This document shows, piece by piece, positions 37,606 to 47,122 of a stretch of 54,375 nt of DNA. Source of the DNA: Desulfonatronovibrionaceae bacterium (lineage in GTDB: Bacteria > Desulfobacterota > Desulfovibrionia > Desulfovibrionales > Desulfonatronovibrionaceae); the NCBI GenBank assembly GCA_046539845.1, contig JBKHGE010000011.1, positions 1-54,375 on the forward strand, given 5' to 3'. The stretch's first letter is position 1. Each line of letters opens with the position of its first letter. The notes under the pieces were generated by a model. The model ran no database searches, was not told the DNA's origin, and saw only the letters and a list, made by a program, of their open reading frames with translations. The position numbers and the translations under genes are program-made.

Positions 37606-38370
37606 ATGCTCGAATCCGGCCAGCTCCTCATGCTCGTCAGCCCCAAGGGGAAACGCTATTTTGTCCTTGCCGATCCCGAGGCCAGCCTGAACACCCACGA
37701 CGGCACCCTGAGTATCCGCTCGGCCATGGAGCAGGGCTTCGGCGGCCGGGTCCACACCCACAAAGACAAACAGTACCTGGTCCTAAAGCCCGCTCTGTAC
37801 GACTTTATAAAGTCGATCAAGAGGAGCACTCAGATAATGTATCCCAAAGAAATCGGATACATAACGGTCAAGCTGGGCGTGGGTCCGGGCAGGAAAATAA
37901 TCGAGGCCGGGTCCGGGTCCGGATCGCTGACCACCGCCCTGGCCTGGTTCGCCGGAGACACCGGCCGGGTCATAACCTATGAGCGGCGCGAGGACTTCTA
38001 CAATCTATGCACCAAGAATCTTGAACGCTGCGGTCTACAAAACCGGGTGGAACAGAACCTACACGATATAGAGCAGGGCTTCCTGCATACCGGGGCGGAT
38101 GCACTCTTTCTGGATGTCCGCACTCCCTGGCTTTGCCTGGGGCACATCCCGGCGGCAGTGATTCCGGGCGCGCCCGTGGGCTTCCTCCTCCCCACTGCCA
38201 ACCAGGTCCAGGCACTTTTGCAGACCATGGAAGATCAACCCTTCGGCGAGGTTGAGGTGATGGAGATCCTAATTCGCCGCTACAAACCGGTTGCGGAGCG
38301 CTTCCGGCCGGAGGACCGCATGGTCGGCCATACCGGCTTTCTGGTCTTCGCTCGATGTATGCACGAATAG
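37606..38370 (+). CDS. trmI: tRNA (adenine-N1)-methyltransferase
   Basis: RSTQIMYPKE, EAGSGSGSLT, FLDVRTPW, RPEDRMVGHTGFL. Confidence 0.92.
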   Translation: MLESGQLLMLVSPKGKRYFVLADPEASLNTHDGTLSIRSAMEQGFGGRVHTHKDKQYLVLKPALYDFIKSIKRSTQIMYPKEIGYITVKLGVGPGRKIIEAGSGSGSLTTALAWFAGDTGRVITYERREDFYNLCTKNLERCGLQNRVEQNLHDIEQGFLHTGADALFLDVRTPWLCLGHIPAAVIPGAPVGFLLPTANQVQALLQTMEDQPFGEVEVMEILIRRYKPVAERFRPEDRMVGHTGFLVFARCMHE

Positions 38371-38601
38371 GCCCTGAGCCGGGAGCTACCCCTCTGGTCC
38401 ATTAGCTCCCCTTTACCCCGGGTAACTAGCGCCCCGGTTTTTTACCACCAGCCATCCTTTTCTTATTAAAAAATCAACAGTTATTACGAATAATTATACC
38501 CCAAAAAACACCCCGGCTCTTGATTTTTTTGTCCACTATGTTTAAAGATATGCACTTAATAATGGTTGAAATTTCCAAAAAATAGCGAGGAACAAGAAAT
38601 C

Positions 38602-39867
38602 ATGACCCGAAAAGACCGTACCGAAGGAATCTTGAGCCGCAAGGAAGTCCTGGATGAGGGCGAACGGCAGAAATATTACCAGATCCAGCTCAAAGAGCTT
38701 TTGACCTATGCCTACCGGTATTCCGAGGACGTAAAAAAACGTTTTGACCGGGCTCAGTTCTCAGTGGACAAGTTCTCCCAGCTCTCGGACTTGAAGCATA
38801 TCCCCATCCTCAAAAAAAAGGAACTCATCTTTTTACAGTCCATGGGCCCCAGACTGGGCGGCCTATTGACCAAGGACATCGGGGAGCTCAAGCGGGTGTT
38901 TCTGTCCCCGGGGCCCATCTTTGACCCCGAGGACAAGAACGAGAACTACTGGGGCTGGACCGAGGCCTTTTATGCCACCGGTTTTCGGTCCGGAGACATA
39001 GCCCAGATCACCTTCAACTACCACCTCACCCCGGCCGGGCTTATGTTTGAGGAACCCCTGCGCAATCTCGGCTGCGCCGCAGTGCCCGCCGGTCCAGGGA
39101 ATACCAACACCCAGCTGGACATCATGCAGAAATTGCGGGTGACCGGATATGTTGGGACTCCCAGCTATCTCATGCATCTGGCCCAGAAAGGGGAGGAAAA
39201 GGGTTTTAATCTACGCAGGGATCTGTTTCTGGAAGTGGCTTTTGTCACTGGGGAAAAATTCCCGGAAAAGACCCGTTCTTCCCTGGAGAAAAAATTCGAC
39301 CTCATCATGCGCCAAGGTTACGGAACTGCTGATGTGGGATGCATCGGCTACGAATGCTACCACAAAAACGGGCTGCACATCGCCAACCGGGCCTTCGTGG
39401 AAATCTGCCATCCGGATACCGGGATCCCTCTCAAAAACGGGGAGGTGGGCGAAATCGTGGTCACCACATTCAACAAGACCTATCCACTCATCCGGCTGGC
39501 CACCGGGGATCTGTCCTATATTGACCCTGCGCCCTGCCCCTGTGGCCGGACATCGCCCAGGCTGGGCAAGATAGTCGGCCGGGTGGACACTACCGCCCGA
39601 ATCAAGGGCATGTTCGTCTATCCGCATCAAGTGGAGCAGGTCATGGCCAGTTTCGAAGAGGTCAAGAGATGGCAGATCGTGGTCACCAACGAAGGGGGCA
39701 TAGACGAAATGGTCCTGCACATTGAGACCTCGGAGTTCAAGCGGGATTCAGAACTTTTGCATCTGTTCCGGGAAAAGATTAAGATCCGGCCCACCCTGAA
39801 GATACTCGAACCCGGGGCCTTACCCCCGCAGATAAAATCCATTGAGGACAGGCGCAAGTGGGACTAG
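38602..39867 (+). CDS. Phenylacetate--CoA ligase (PaaK)-like AMP-binding protein
   Basis: ATG at 38602; GTPSYL, GEK, YGTADVG, GEVGEIVVT, YPLIRLATGDLS, CPCGRT, GRVD..IKGMFVYP. Confidence 0.85.
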   Translation: MTRKDRTEGILSRKEVLDEGERQKYYQIQLKELLTYAYRYSEDVKKRFDRAQFSVDKFSQLSDLKHIPILKKKELIFLQSMGPRLGGLLTKDIGELKRVFLSPGPIFDPEDKNENYWGWTEAFYATGFRSGDIAQITFNYHLTPAGLMFEEPLRNLGCAAVPAGPGNTNTQLDIMQKLRVTGYVGTPSYLMHLAQKGEEKGFNLRRDLFLEVAFVTGEKFPEKTRSSLEKKFDLIMRQGYGTADVGCIGYECYHKNGLHIANRAFVEICHPDTGIPLKNGEVGEIVVTTFNKTYPLIRLATGDLSYIDPAPCPCGRTSPRLGKIVGRVDTTARIKGMFVYPHQVEQVMASFEEVKRWQIVVTNEGGIDEMVLHIETSEFKRDSELLHLFREKIKIRPTLKILEPGALPPQIKSIEDRRKWD

Positions 39868-41003
39868 CCCGGCTACTGATTCTTTTTTCCGCACTCGTAG
39901 CCGGGTGTGCGTCCCAGCAGCCGGCCGAGGCGCCTTGGCCGGAGGCCGAACCCCTGGCGGGCTCGTTTATCTCCTGCCCCCAGGAGGAGCGGCTAAAAAA
40001 GGAAAAACTGCCCCGCAAGCTGAAGGGATCCGGATACATCCTTTTTGGGGAAGGACACACCAACAAATGCGACCACCAGGTCCAGGCCAAGCTGGTCCGG
40101 ATCATGGCCGAGTCCGGCAAAAGGTTCTGTATTGGTCTGGAGATGGTCACCGCAAATATGCAGCCGGTCCTGGACCGCTTCAATTCCGGGGACCTCGACC
40201 TTGCCGATCTGCAAGGCCGTCTGGACTGGGCAAACAACTGGGGGTATGATTACGGTTTTTACTCCCGCATATTCGAACTGGCCCGGGAGCACGACCTGCC
40301 GGTCTTCGGGCTGAACCTACCCTCGGAAGTGGTACGCACTGTAAGCCGCCAGGGACTGACCGGTCTGGACAAGGAACAGAAAAAACACCTCCCGCAAAAG
40401 ATCATCCCTCCACCCGAAGGGCAAAAAGAGGCTTTGGAGCCCTTTTTTTCCGGGCACTCCAAGATGCTGGAGGAAACCGGGCTGTCCAGGGAACGCTTTT
40501 TCCTGGCCCAGGCAGTACGGGAAAGCAAGATGGCCGAAGAGGCGGTCGCAAGGCAGCGGCAGACCGGACTGCCCATGCTGATACTGACCGGGGCCGGGCA
40601 TGTGGAGACTGGTTGGGGACTCGGCTACCGTCTGGAGTACCTGGACCCGGAAGCAGGAATAATCCGCGTGCTCCCCAAACGAGAGCCTGAATGCATAGAT
40701 GCGGACCAAGGCCTGTTCTACTACTGCCCTTCAACCCCTCCGAGCAGGCTGGGGATGGTTATGGAGGAAAAAGACGGTACGGTCGTGGTCCAGGAGGTGG
40801 TCTCCGGGTCCTTAGCCGAAAAAAAGGGGATTGGCCGCGGGGACATCCTGAGCAAAGCGGACGGGCGAGAGGTTACCCGGCTTATGGACCTGCATGAGGC
40901 CGCCCTGGAATCCAGACAAAGGGGACGCGAACTCTGCCTGGAAATCAAGAGCAGCGGCTCTGCACGCACTGTCTGCTTTGATCTCGGCCGGAACAAGGAA
41001 TAG
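39858..41003 (+). CDS. ChaN family lipoprotein with a C-terminal PDZ domain
   Basis: Lipobox VAGC, ILFGEGH, IGLEM, W...WGYDY..Y, GAGHV; PDZ-like LGM...V.SGSLAEKKGI..GDIL. Confidence 0.85.
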   Translation: MGLARLLILFSALVAGCASQQPAEAPWPEAEPLAGSFISCPQEERLKKEKLPRKLKGSGYILFGEGHTNKCDHQVQAKLVRIMAESGKRFCIGLEMVTANMQPVLDRFNSGDLDLADLQGRLDWANNWGYDYGFYSRIFELAREHDLPVFGLNLPSEVVRTVSRQGLTGLDKEQKKHLPQKIIPPPEGQKEALEPFFSGHSKMLEETGLSRERFFLAQAVRESKMAEEAVARQRQTGLPMLILTGAGHVETGWGLGYRLEYLDPEAGIIRVLPKREPECIDADQGLFYYCPSTPPSRLGMVMEEKDGTVVVQEVVSGSLAEKKGIGRGDILSKADGREVTRLMDLHEAALESRQRGRELCLEIKSSGSARTVCFDLGRNKE

Positions 41004-41007
41004 AGGC

Positions 41008-41850
41008 ATGCCCGAACTGCCGGAAGTTGAGACCATTGCCCGCTACCTTAACACGCATATCTCCGGGAAGGTCATTTCCGATGTCTTTGTCTTCAACCCA
41101 GGGATACTGCGCTGCGAAGAGACGTTTTTCACCCGCACGCTTTTGGGCGCCGGTATCGTCCGGGTCTTTCGTCGGGCCAAGCTCCTTGTCTTTGTTTTGG
41201 ACAACGGATATCGGTTAATATTCCATCTGAAAATGACCGGCCGGATGATCTACTCCCCGGACGGCCTGGAGGCCGGAGATAAACCGCACTTGGGCTTTGC
41301 CCTGCAGGACGGGAGTCTCCTTTGTTTCCAGGATCAGCGCAAATTCGGCTATTGCGCGCTCCTTTCCAAGCGGGAAATGGAGGACTGGGACTTTTATGCC
41401 CATCTGGGTCCGGAACCCCTGGAAATGAGCCAGGAGGAATTCGTGGACCTTTTTTTCAGGCGCCGGGCGAAGATAAAGGCCCTGCTTTTAGACCAGAAAA
41501 CAATAGCCGGTGTGGGGAACATATATGCAGACGAGGCCCTGTTTGAGGCCAAAGTCCCCCCCAATGCTCCATCCGATTCCCTGGGAAGAGACCGCTTGGC
41601 CAAACTCTTTTTTCGTTTGCAGGATGTGCTTAAAAAGGCTATCCAGGCCGGGGGCAGCACCTTCCGGGACTATATTGACGCCTCCGGCAGGCCGGGCCGT
41701 TTCCAGGAACAATTCGCGGTTTACGGCCGAAAGGACAAACCCTGTCCAAAATGTTCTAGCCGGCTCAAGACCATGAAGGTGGCTGGCCGGACCTCCACCT
41801 ATTGCCCGCATTGTCAGTGCAGGGAGGCAGCAGTGCATGAGCGCGGATAA
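41008..41850 (+). CDS. mutM: Formamidopyrimidine-DNA glycosylase (Fpg)
   Basis: True start MPELPEVETI at 41008; HLKMTG, LGPEPL, LLDQ..IAGVGNIYADE, CPKC...CPHCQ zinc finger. Confidence 0.96.
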   Translation: MPELPEVETIARYLNTHISGKVISDVFVFNPGILRCEETFFTRTLLGAGIVRVFRRAKLLVFVLDNGYRLIFHLKMTGRMIYSPDGLEAGDKPHLGFALQDGSLLCFQDQRKFGYCALLSKREMEDWDFYAHLGPEPLEMSQEEFVDLFFRRRAKIKALLLDQKTIAGVGNIYADEALFEAKVPPNAPSDSLGRDRLAKLFFRLQDVLKKAIQAGGSTFRDYIDASGRPGRFQEQFAVYGRKDKPCPKCSSRLKTMKVAGRTSTYCPHCQCREAAVHERG

Positions 41851-42937
41851 CATAAAACACGGCCTGAGCATGCAGGAGCTTCAGGACCTTTTGACCCGGA
41901 TCGGGCTCGAGGACGATCCGGATTGGATAGCGGTCATCCTTTTTGTCCGTAATGTAATTATCCGCTTGAGCTGTCTCACCGAGAAAGACAAATCCATTTT
42001 GCAACGCGAAATATTCAGCATCCTGGAAGACGCCGCCCCTCCCCGGGAAAGGCTGGCCCGGGCCTATAAAACCATTGAGGACTACCTGACCTCCGAGATG
42101 GACCGACAGCTGAAAAGGACCAAAGATGACCTGGCCCGGGAACAGAAAATCTCCTCGGACCTGCTCAGCCAGCTACATTCCATACTCAAGGACCTTAAGG
42201 GATCGGTGGAGCGCCAGACGCAGCGGATGGAATCCTTTGGGGAAACCACAATCGCGGACATCCAGGCAAAAAAAGATCCCCAGGAAATCGTCTCCTCCAT
42301 TCGCAGTTCGATCCAGGAGATGATCCAGGAGGCCAAAGGCGAAGCCAAAATATGGGAGCAGCGGGCAAGGATGTTGGAACGGACCGCCATGTTCGACCAT
42401 CTGCTGACCAACATATTTAACCGCGGGGTGTTTGACTCCTATCTAAAAAAGACCACCGCCCTGCATCGGGAAAAAGAACTCCCTTTGTCTTTGCTTATGA
42501 TCGACGTGGATGACTTCAAGGCCATAAACGACAAATGGGGACACCAGGTGGGAGACGACGTGCTACAGGCCTTGTCCAAGGTAATCCGCTCCCAGGCGGA
42601 ACTACACAAAGGAGTGGTCTGCCGTTACGGCGGGGAGGAGTTATCCGTTATATTCGAAAACACACCGGAAGAAAAAGCAGTGGAACAGGCCGAGACCTTG
42701 CGTCTGCTGACCCAGGAATACAATTTTATCCCTCGCAAAAAGACCGGGGAGGTGGACTCGCCCATCCACTTCACCATAAGCATCGGCACGGCCTCTATGC
42801 ACGGTGAAGACTGGGAAGCAAGCGACCTGATCGGCGCGGCGGACCGCGCCCTGTATCAGGCCAAATCCCAGGGGAAGAATCAGGTGGTGGCCTATTCCGA
42901 CGTGGCCTGCGCCCTGCCCCGCAGAAAAAAGGGATAA
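41837..42937 (+). CDS. GGDEF-domain diguanylate cyclase with a coiled-coil N-terminus
   Basis: DHLLT..FNR, IDVDDFKAINDKWGHQVGD, RYGGEEL, ADRALYQAKSQGKN. Confidence 0.93.
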   Translation: MSADNIKHGLSMQELQDLLTRIGLEDDPDWIAVILFVRNVIIRLSCLTEKDKSILQREIFSILEDAAPPRERLARAYKTIEDYLTSEMDRQLKRTKDDLAREQKISSDLLSQLHSILKDLKGSVERQTQRMESFGETTIADIQAKKDPQEIVSSIRSSIQEMIQEAKGEAKIWEQRARMLERTAMFDHLLTNIFNRGVFDSYLKKTTALHREKELPLSLLMIDVDDFKAINDKWGHQVGDDVLQALSKVIRSQAELHKGVVCRYGGEELSVIFENTPEEKAVEQAETLRLLTQEYNFIPRKKTGEVDSPIHFTISIGTASMHGEDWEASDLIGAADRALYQAKSQGKNQVVAYSDVACALPRRKKG

Positions 42938-42942
42938 AACCG

Positions 42943-44172
42943 TCAGTCTTTATGCCCGGTGCAGGCGCTGCCAGCCGCGTATCCGGTGGCAAAGGCTATG
43001 TGCAGATTGTATCCGCCGGTATATCCGTAAACATCCAGGATCTCGCCGGCAAAATACAACCCCGGTACTGTCTTGGACTGCATAGTCCGGGGATCCACCC
43101 CGGAGACATCCACTCCTCCGGCAGTGACAATGGCCTCGTCAAACCGCCTAAGCCCGGTGAACTCCATGCCCACTCCCTTCAGCGCACCGGAGAGTCTGCG
43201 CATCTCCTCCTTGTCCGCCTGGGCCGCCTGCTTTTCCCCGTCCACCTGGCTTTGCTCTAGGACAACCGGGATCAGCCGGTCCAGGGTCAAACCGGACATA
43301 GCGTTTTTTATCTTTTTGCGCCCATCGCGACGGAAATCCCTTTGGATCCTTTTGATCAATTTGTCCATGCCCAGGCCGGGCTTAAGATCCACGACCAGGG
43401 TATAGTTTCGTTCCGGATCCATGTGCAGGCTGGCGGAAAGGGGCATGGGGCCGGAGAGCCCGAAATGGGTGAAAAGGAGCTCCCCTATATCCTTGAAAAC
43501 TACTCTTCCGTTCCGGTCCAGGACCTCAAAACCCACATTGCGCAGGGATAGCCCCTGCAACCCGGAAAGACCCTGCAAATCAGCCTCGAGCGGGACCAGG
43601 GCCGGGCGGGGCAAAATCACTGCATGCCCCAGGGATTCGGCCAAGGGATAACCGTCCCCGGTGGATCCGGTGGCCTGATAACTCTTGCCGCCGGTGGCCA
43701 GCAGGACATTGGCCGCATCCAAATTCCTGTCTCCGCCCAAGCACAGCCTGAAGCCGTATTCCCGACGTTCGATACCCCGGACCCGGCGATGGACCATTTT
43801 CACCCCGGCCGCGCTCATGTACTCCTGCAAGCAGGCCAAAACGTCCCGGGAGGAATCCGAGGCCGGGAACACCCGGCCTCCGCGCTCCACTTTGAGCGGC
43901 ACCTTTCGACTCTCAAAGAATTCAATCAGCCGGGAACTGTCAAAACGATACAAGGCGTTGATCAAAAACTTGCCATTGCCCGGAATGCAGGTAATCATCT
44001 CCGCAGCCGGACGCTGGTTGGTGATATTACACCTGCCCTTTCCGGTGATGAGCAGTTTTTTCCCGGGGCGGTTGTTTTTTTCCAGGACCACCACCTCAAG
44101 GCCGCGCATTCCGGCTGTCCCGGCCGCGATCATCCCGGCCGGGCCGGCGCCGACAACCGCCAGATCAATCAT
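42943..44172 (-). CDS. HI0933/YhiN family NAD(P)/FAD-dependent oxidoreductase
   Basis: GAGPAG, GKKLLITGKGRCNITN, GRVFP, ATGGKSY..TGSTGDG, LFTHFGLSGP, TGGYNL. Confidence 0.93.
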   Translation of the reverse strand: MIDLAVVGAGPAGMIAAGTAGMRGLEVVVLEKNNRPGKKLLITGKGRCNITNQRPAAEMITCIPGNGKFLINALYRFDSSRLIEFFESRKVPLKVERGGRVFPASDSSRDVLACLQEYMSAAGVKMVHRRVRGIERREYGFRLCLGGDRNLDAANVLLATGGKSYQATGSTGDGYPLAESLGHAVILPRPALVPLEADLQGLSGLQGLSLRNVGFEVLDRNGRVVFKDIGELLFTHFGLSGPMPLSASLHMDPERNYTLVVDLKPGLGMDKLIKRIQRDFRRDGRKKIKNAMSGLTLDRLIPVVLEQSQVDGEKQAAQADKEEMRRLSGALKGVGMEFTGLRRFDEAIVTAGGVDVSGVDPRTMQSKTVPGLYFAGEILDVYGYTGGYNLHIAFATGYAAGSACTGHKD

Positions 44173-44432
44173 TTTTCCGCGTCGTTGAGCACGGCCCGGG
44201 CCACGTGGATATCATAGAGCTTTTTGGGGTCGTCCCCGGACTTGCCCGCGTACATCTCTGCGGCACGTTTGATCAGGTCCAGATCCAGCCAGCCGTGTCT
44301 CTCCCATATCTCCGGGTAGTCCGCGTTCCACAGCCTGAACTCTATGTCCCCGTCTTCGTTTCTGCGCACATACATCCTTTCCTTTTTGTTTGCAGCATTG
44401 GGATAGTAAAACACTCCTTTGTCATCGCGCAT
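44169..44432 (-). CDS. Small hypothetical protein
   Basis: 87 aa, RBS GGAG, 4-bp overlap with the downstream oxidoreductase; aromatic-rich GVFYYP...RMYVR...FRLW...WERHGW. Confidence 0.75.
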   Translation of the reverse strand: MRDDKGVFYYPNAANKKERMYVRRNEDGDIEFRLWNADYPEIWERHGWLDLDLIKRAAEMYAGKSGDDPKKLYDIHVARAVLNDAEK

Positions 44433-44557
44433 AATATCTGCTCCCTGGTTTGTTGTCTTTTGAAGGCGTTCGGCCCAAGCGCAATTTCCATCGCATAACG
44501 GCTTGAACTCTTGCCCTGATCCGGCAAAATTTATAGCTTGCCTTGGTTATCGGACTG

Positions 44558-45487
44558 CTAGGACGCGGCAAAATCCACCCCCCATCGCAGCAGATTCAGC
44601 CCCACCAGAACCATACCCTCGGCCCGGCCGATCCTCCAGCCGGTGCGCAAAAATACAAAAACCAAAAAGACCATGCCTACCAGGGCGTACAGGCTGGGCA
44701 AAGCGGAAGGGGAAATCTGCAGGGGACGCAGGATACAGGTCAGGCCAAGCACCCCGGCGAAATTAAAGAGATCGCTGCCCACCAGATTGCCCAGAAGCAT
44801 CTGGTTCCTGCCTTTAAGCGCCGCGCTCAGGCAGGTTATAAGCTCAGGCAAAGAGGTCCCGGCGGCAACAATAGTCACTCCGATAGCCCATTCGCTCACC
44901 CCAGCCATCCGGGCCAGGGAGGAAGCGCCCTCGACCATCCAATGTCCGCCTGCGGCCACGGCCGCGAACCCGAGGAGAAGGAAAGGCCAATCATACCACC
45001 GGGCAGTCCTCTGGACCGGCACTTCCGCTAGGGGCGCGATTTTACCAAAACGCAAAACTATGAGCAGGTTATAGCAGACAAGGATGCTCAAAAGCACTAT
45101 CCCGGCTAGCCGGCCCATTCGCAGATCAAGGGCCATAACCAAGACCAGAATGGTCACTGCAAAGAGGAGGAGGGTATCTCGGTAGACCAATGGCCGACTA
45201 GTGGGCACAGGCCGGATCACGGCCATAACCCCCAGGATAAGACCCAGGTTGAAGATATTGGAGCCGACTATATTGGACAGGGAGATATCCCCCAACCCCT
45301 TGAAAGCAGCCGTAGAAGTGACCAAGAATTCCGGCAGGGAGGTGCCCAGGGCAACCACGGTCAAACCGATAACCAGTTCGGACAAGTTGAAGCGGCGGGC
45401 TATGGCTGAGGCGCTTTCGACCACCCTGTCCGCCCCGACCCACAACAAAAGTGTGCTTACAATAACCAGAAACAGATTATAGGCCAT
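44558..45487 (-). CDS. Calcium/sodium antiporter (CaCA, YrbG-like)
   Basis: Two alpha-repeats GTSLPE...GS(N/D)xFN; about 10 TM helices. Confidence 0.93.
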   Translation of the reverse strand: MAYNLFLVIVSTLLLWVGADRVVESASAIARRFNLSELVIGLTVVALGTSLPEFLVTSTAAFKGLGDISLSNIVGSNIFNLGLILGVMAVIRPVPTSRPLVYRDTLLLFAVTILVLVMALDLRMGRLAGIVLLSILVCYNLLIVLRFGKIAPLAEVPVQRTARWYDWPFLLLGFAAVAAGGHWMVEGASSLARMAGVSEWAIGVTIVAAGTSLPELITCLSAALKGRNQMLLGNLVGSDLFNFAGVLGLTCILRPLQISPSALPSLYALVGMVFLVFVFLRTGWRIGRAEGMVLVGLNLLRWGVDFAAS

Positions 45488-46538
45488 CTTGCCTCTCGAA
45501 CCTCTTTAAGACCGCCTGCTTACCCTCTTGCGTCCATTGCGGCTCCTGCCACTCTGCCGGGCCGCAGTCTCCGGGCCAGACGTTTATGGTCCAACTCTCT
45601 CCGGCCCTTTGGACCTCCACTTCCACCGTGCGCAGGGATTTTCTGGCCTTGGGTGCAAACCGGCTCGTCCAGGCGGCTGCGCTTCTGACCATCTCCTGCG
45701 GCCATTCCGGGCCGAACGGCCTGCCGATGGCCGTAGGACCGGGAAACTGCCGGAGCCGGAAGCAATAGTCCCTTTCCTCCAGGACGCTGTCCAGGCGCTC
45801 GTTATCCGCCTTGTCCCGGCCTATGCACAGCCACAGATCATCAGACCAGTACTGCCGGCCGACATTGGCCAGGCGAAAATCATTGGGCACTGGGAAATAA
45901 TCTGCAAGCAAAAAAAGAGGCAGGTATCTCTTGGCGGATTCGGCCTGGGTCAAAAGGCATCCCCCGGCCGGAGTGGGTATATCCCGGACCCCCAGCTCCC
46001 GGGCCAGGGTCAGCTGGTCCTTGCGCCCCCGACCGCTTATGGAAAAAAACCTGCTCCGATCCACCTTCCCCTCCAACTCCGCCGGAATCGGCTCGAACAT
46101 GCCTGCGGAAAGGGGGCGCAGCAGCACGTCCTGCACCCCGGCCCGCTTGCGGATGAGTTGCAGGGGACTGCGGCGCTGGGACATAGGCCTTTGCCCCAGG
46201 ACTTCTCCGGTGACAATGAGTTCGGCACCGAGTTCATGCATATATTTTTTGGCCTGCTTAAGCATGAATATTTTGCAGTCCACGCAGGGATTCAAAAATT
46301 TGCCGAGCCCAAATTCCGGACCCCGGGCCAACAAGCCGGTGTATTCGTCTGTGACATCTACACACTTTATCTCTATATCCCAGGCCGTTTGCCAGTGTTC
46401 AGCGTCTTCCGGATGCCCGAAAAACGGGGAAAAAAAATGCAGCCCAACCACATCCCAGCCCTGTTTTTGCAGGAGCCGGGCTGCCAGGATGCTGTCCAGA
46501 CCGCCGGAAAAAAGGGCCACCGCACGATATCTATCCAT
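45477..46538 (-). CDS. PP-loop tRNA thiouridylase-like protein (ThiI/MnmA-related)
   Basis: FSGGLDS, NPCVDCK, TGEVLGQRPMSQ, GRGRKDQ, PAGGCLL. Confidence 0.82.
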   Translation of the reverse strand: MDRYRAVALFSGGLDSILAARLLQKQGWDVVGLHFFSPFFGHPEDAEHWQTAWDIEIKCVDVTDEYTGLLARGPEFGLGKFLNPCVDCKIFMLKQAKKYMHELGAELIVTGEVLGQRPMSQRRSPLQLIRKRAGVQDVLLRPLSAGMFEPIPAELEGKVDRSRFFSISGRGRKDQLTLARELGVRDIPTPAGGCLLTQAESAKRYLPLFLLADYFPVPNDFRLANVGRQYWSDDLWLCIGRDKADNERLDSVLEERDYCFRLRQFPGPTAIGRPFGPEWPQEMVRSAAAWTSRFAPKARKSLRTVEVEVQRAGESWTINVWPGDCGPAEWQEPQWTQEGKQAVLKRFERQDGL

Positions 46539-46888
46539 AATTAAATAATATGCCAGAAAGCCTTGCCAGCAGCAAGAGGACTTTATTAGGCTTTCCTAAA
46601 AAAATCCATCTCCCTGGGTCAGACTTGTACAGGGTCCAGAGACCTTGGTCGAATCTAAGCCGTAGGAAATACTTTTCACGTGGGGAACCGCGAACCGCAA
46701 GGGCTGCCTGACCCTTGCCTTTTGGCCTGCAGGCAAAGCCGGAGACCCTCTCCGATCCGGTTTCGGGAAAAATATGTTAGACCGCCCTAAAAATTCTTGA
46801 CATAAAGGACCTGGTCTGATTTGAAGGCGGAACAGGCAGGATGCTGCGGGCATTGAAAACAGACCAAAAACAATTCGGGGAGTGAGAA

Positions 46889-47122
46889 ATGGGTGATATA
46901 ATCGGGCTGCGCCAGATGGATGTATACCAGAAGGCCAAAATCACCCGCATCCAGGCCCGGGGTGAGCTGGGCAGAAGGATCCGGGACATGGGGCTTGTAC
47001 CCGGGGCGGAAATCCAGGTCATGGGCCGGGCCCCTCTGAAGGACCCGGTGGCCCTGCGGGTAAAAGGCTTTACCCTAAGCCTACGCAACAATGAAGCCGA
47101 TTTTATAGAAGTGGAGACATAA
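46889..47122 (+). CDS. feoA: Ferrous iron transport protein A
   Basis: RRIRDMGLVPG...RAPLKDPV...LSLRNNEA. Confidence 0.93.
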   Translation: MGDIIGLRQMDVYQKAKITRIQARGELGRRIRDMGLVPGAEIQVMGRAPLKDPVALRVKGFTLSLRNNEADFIEVET

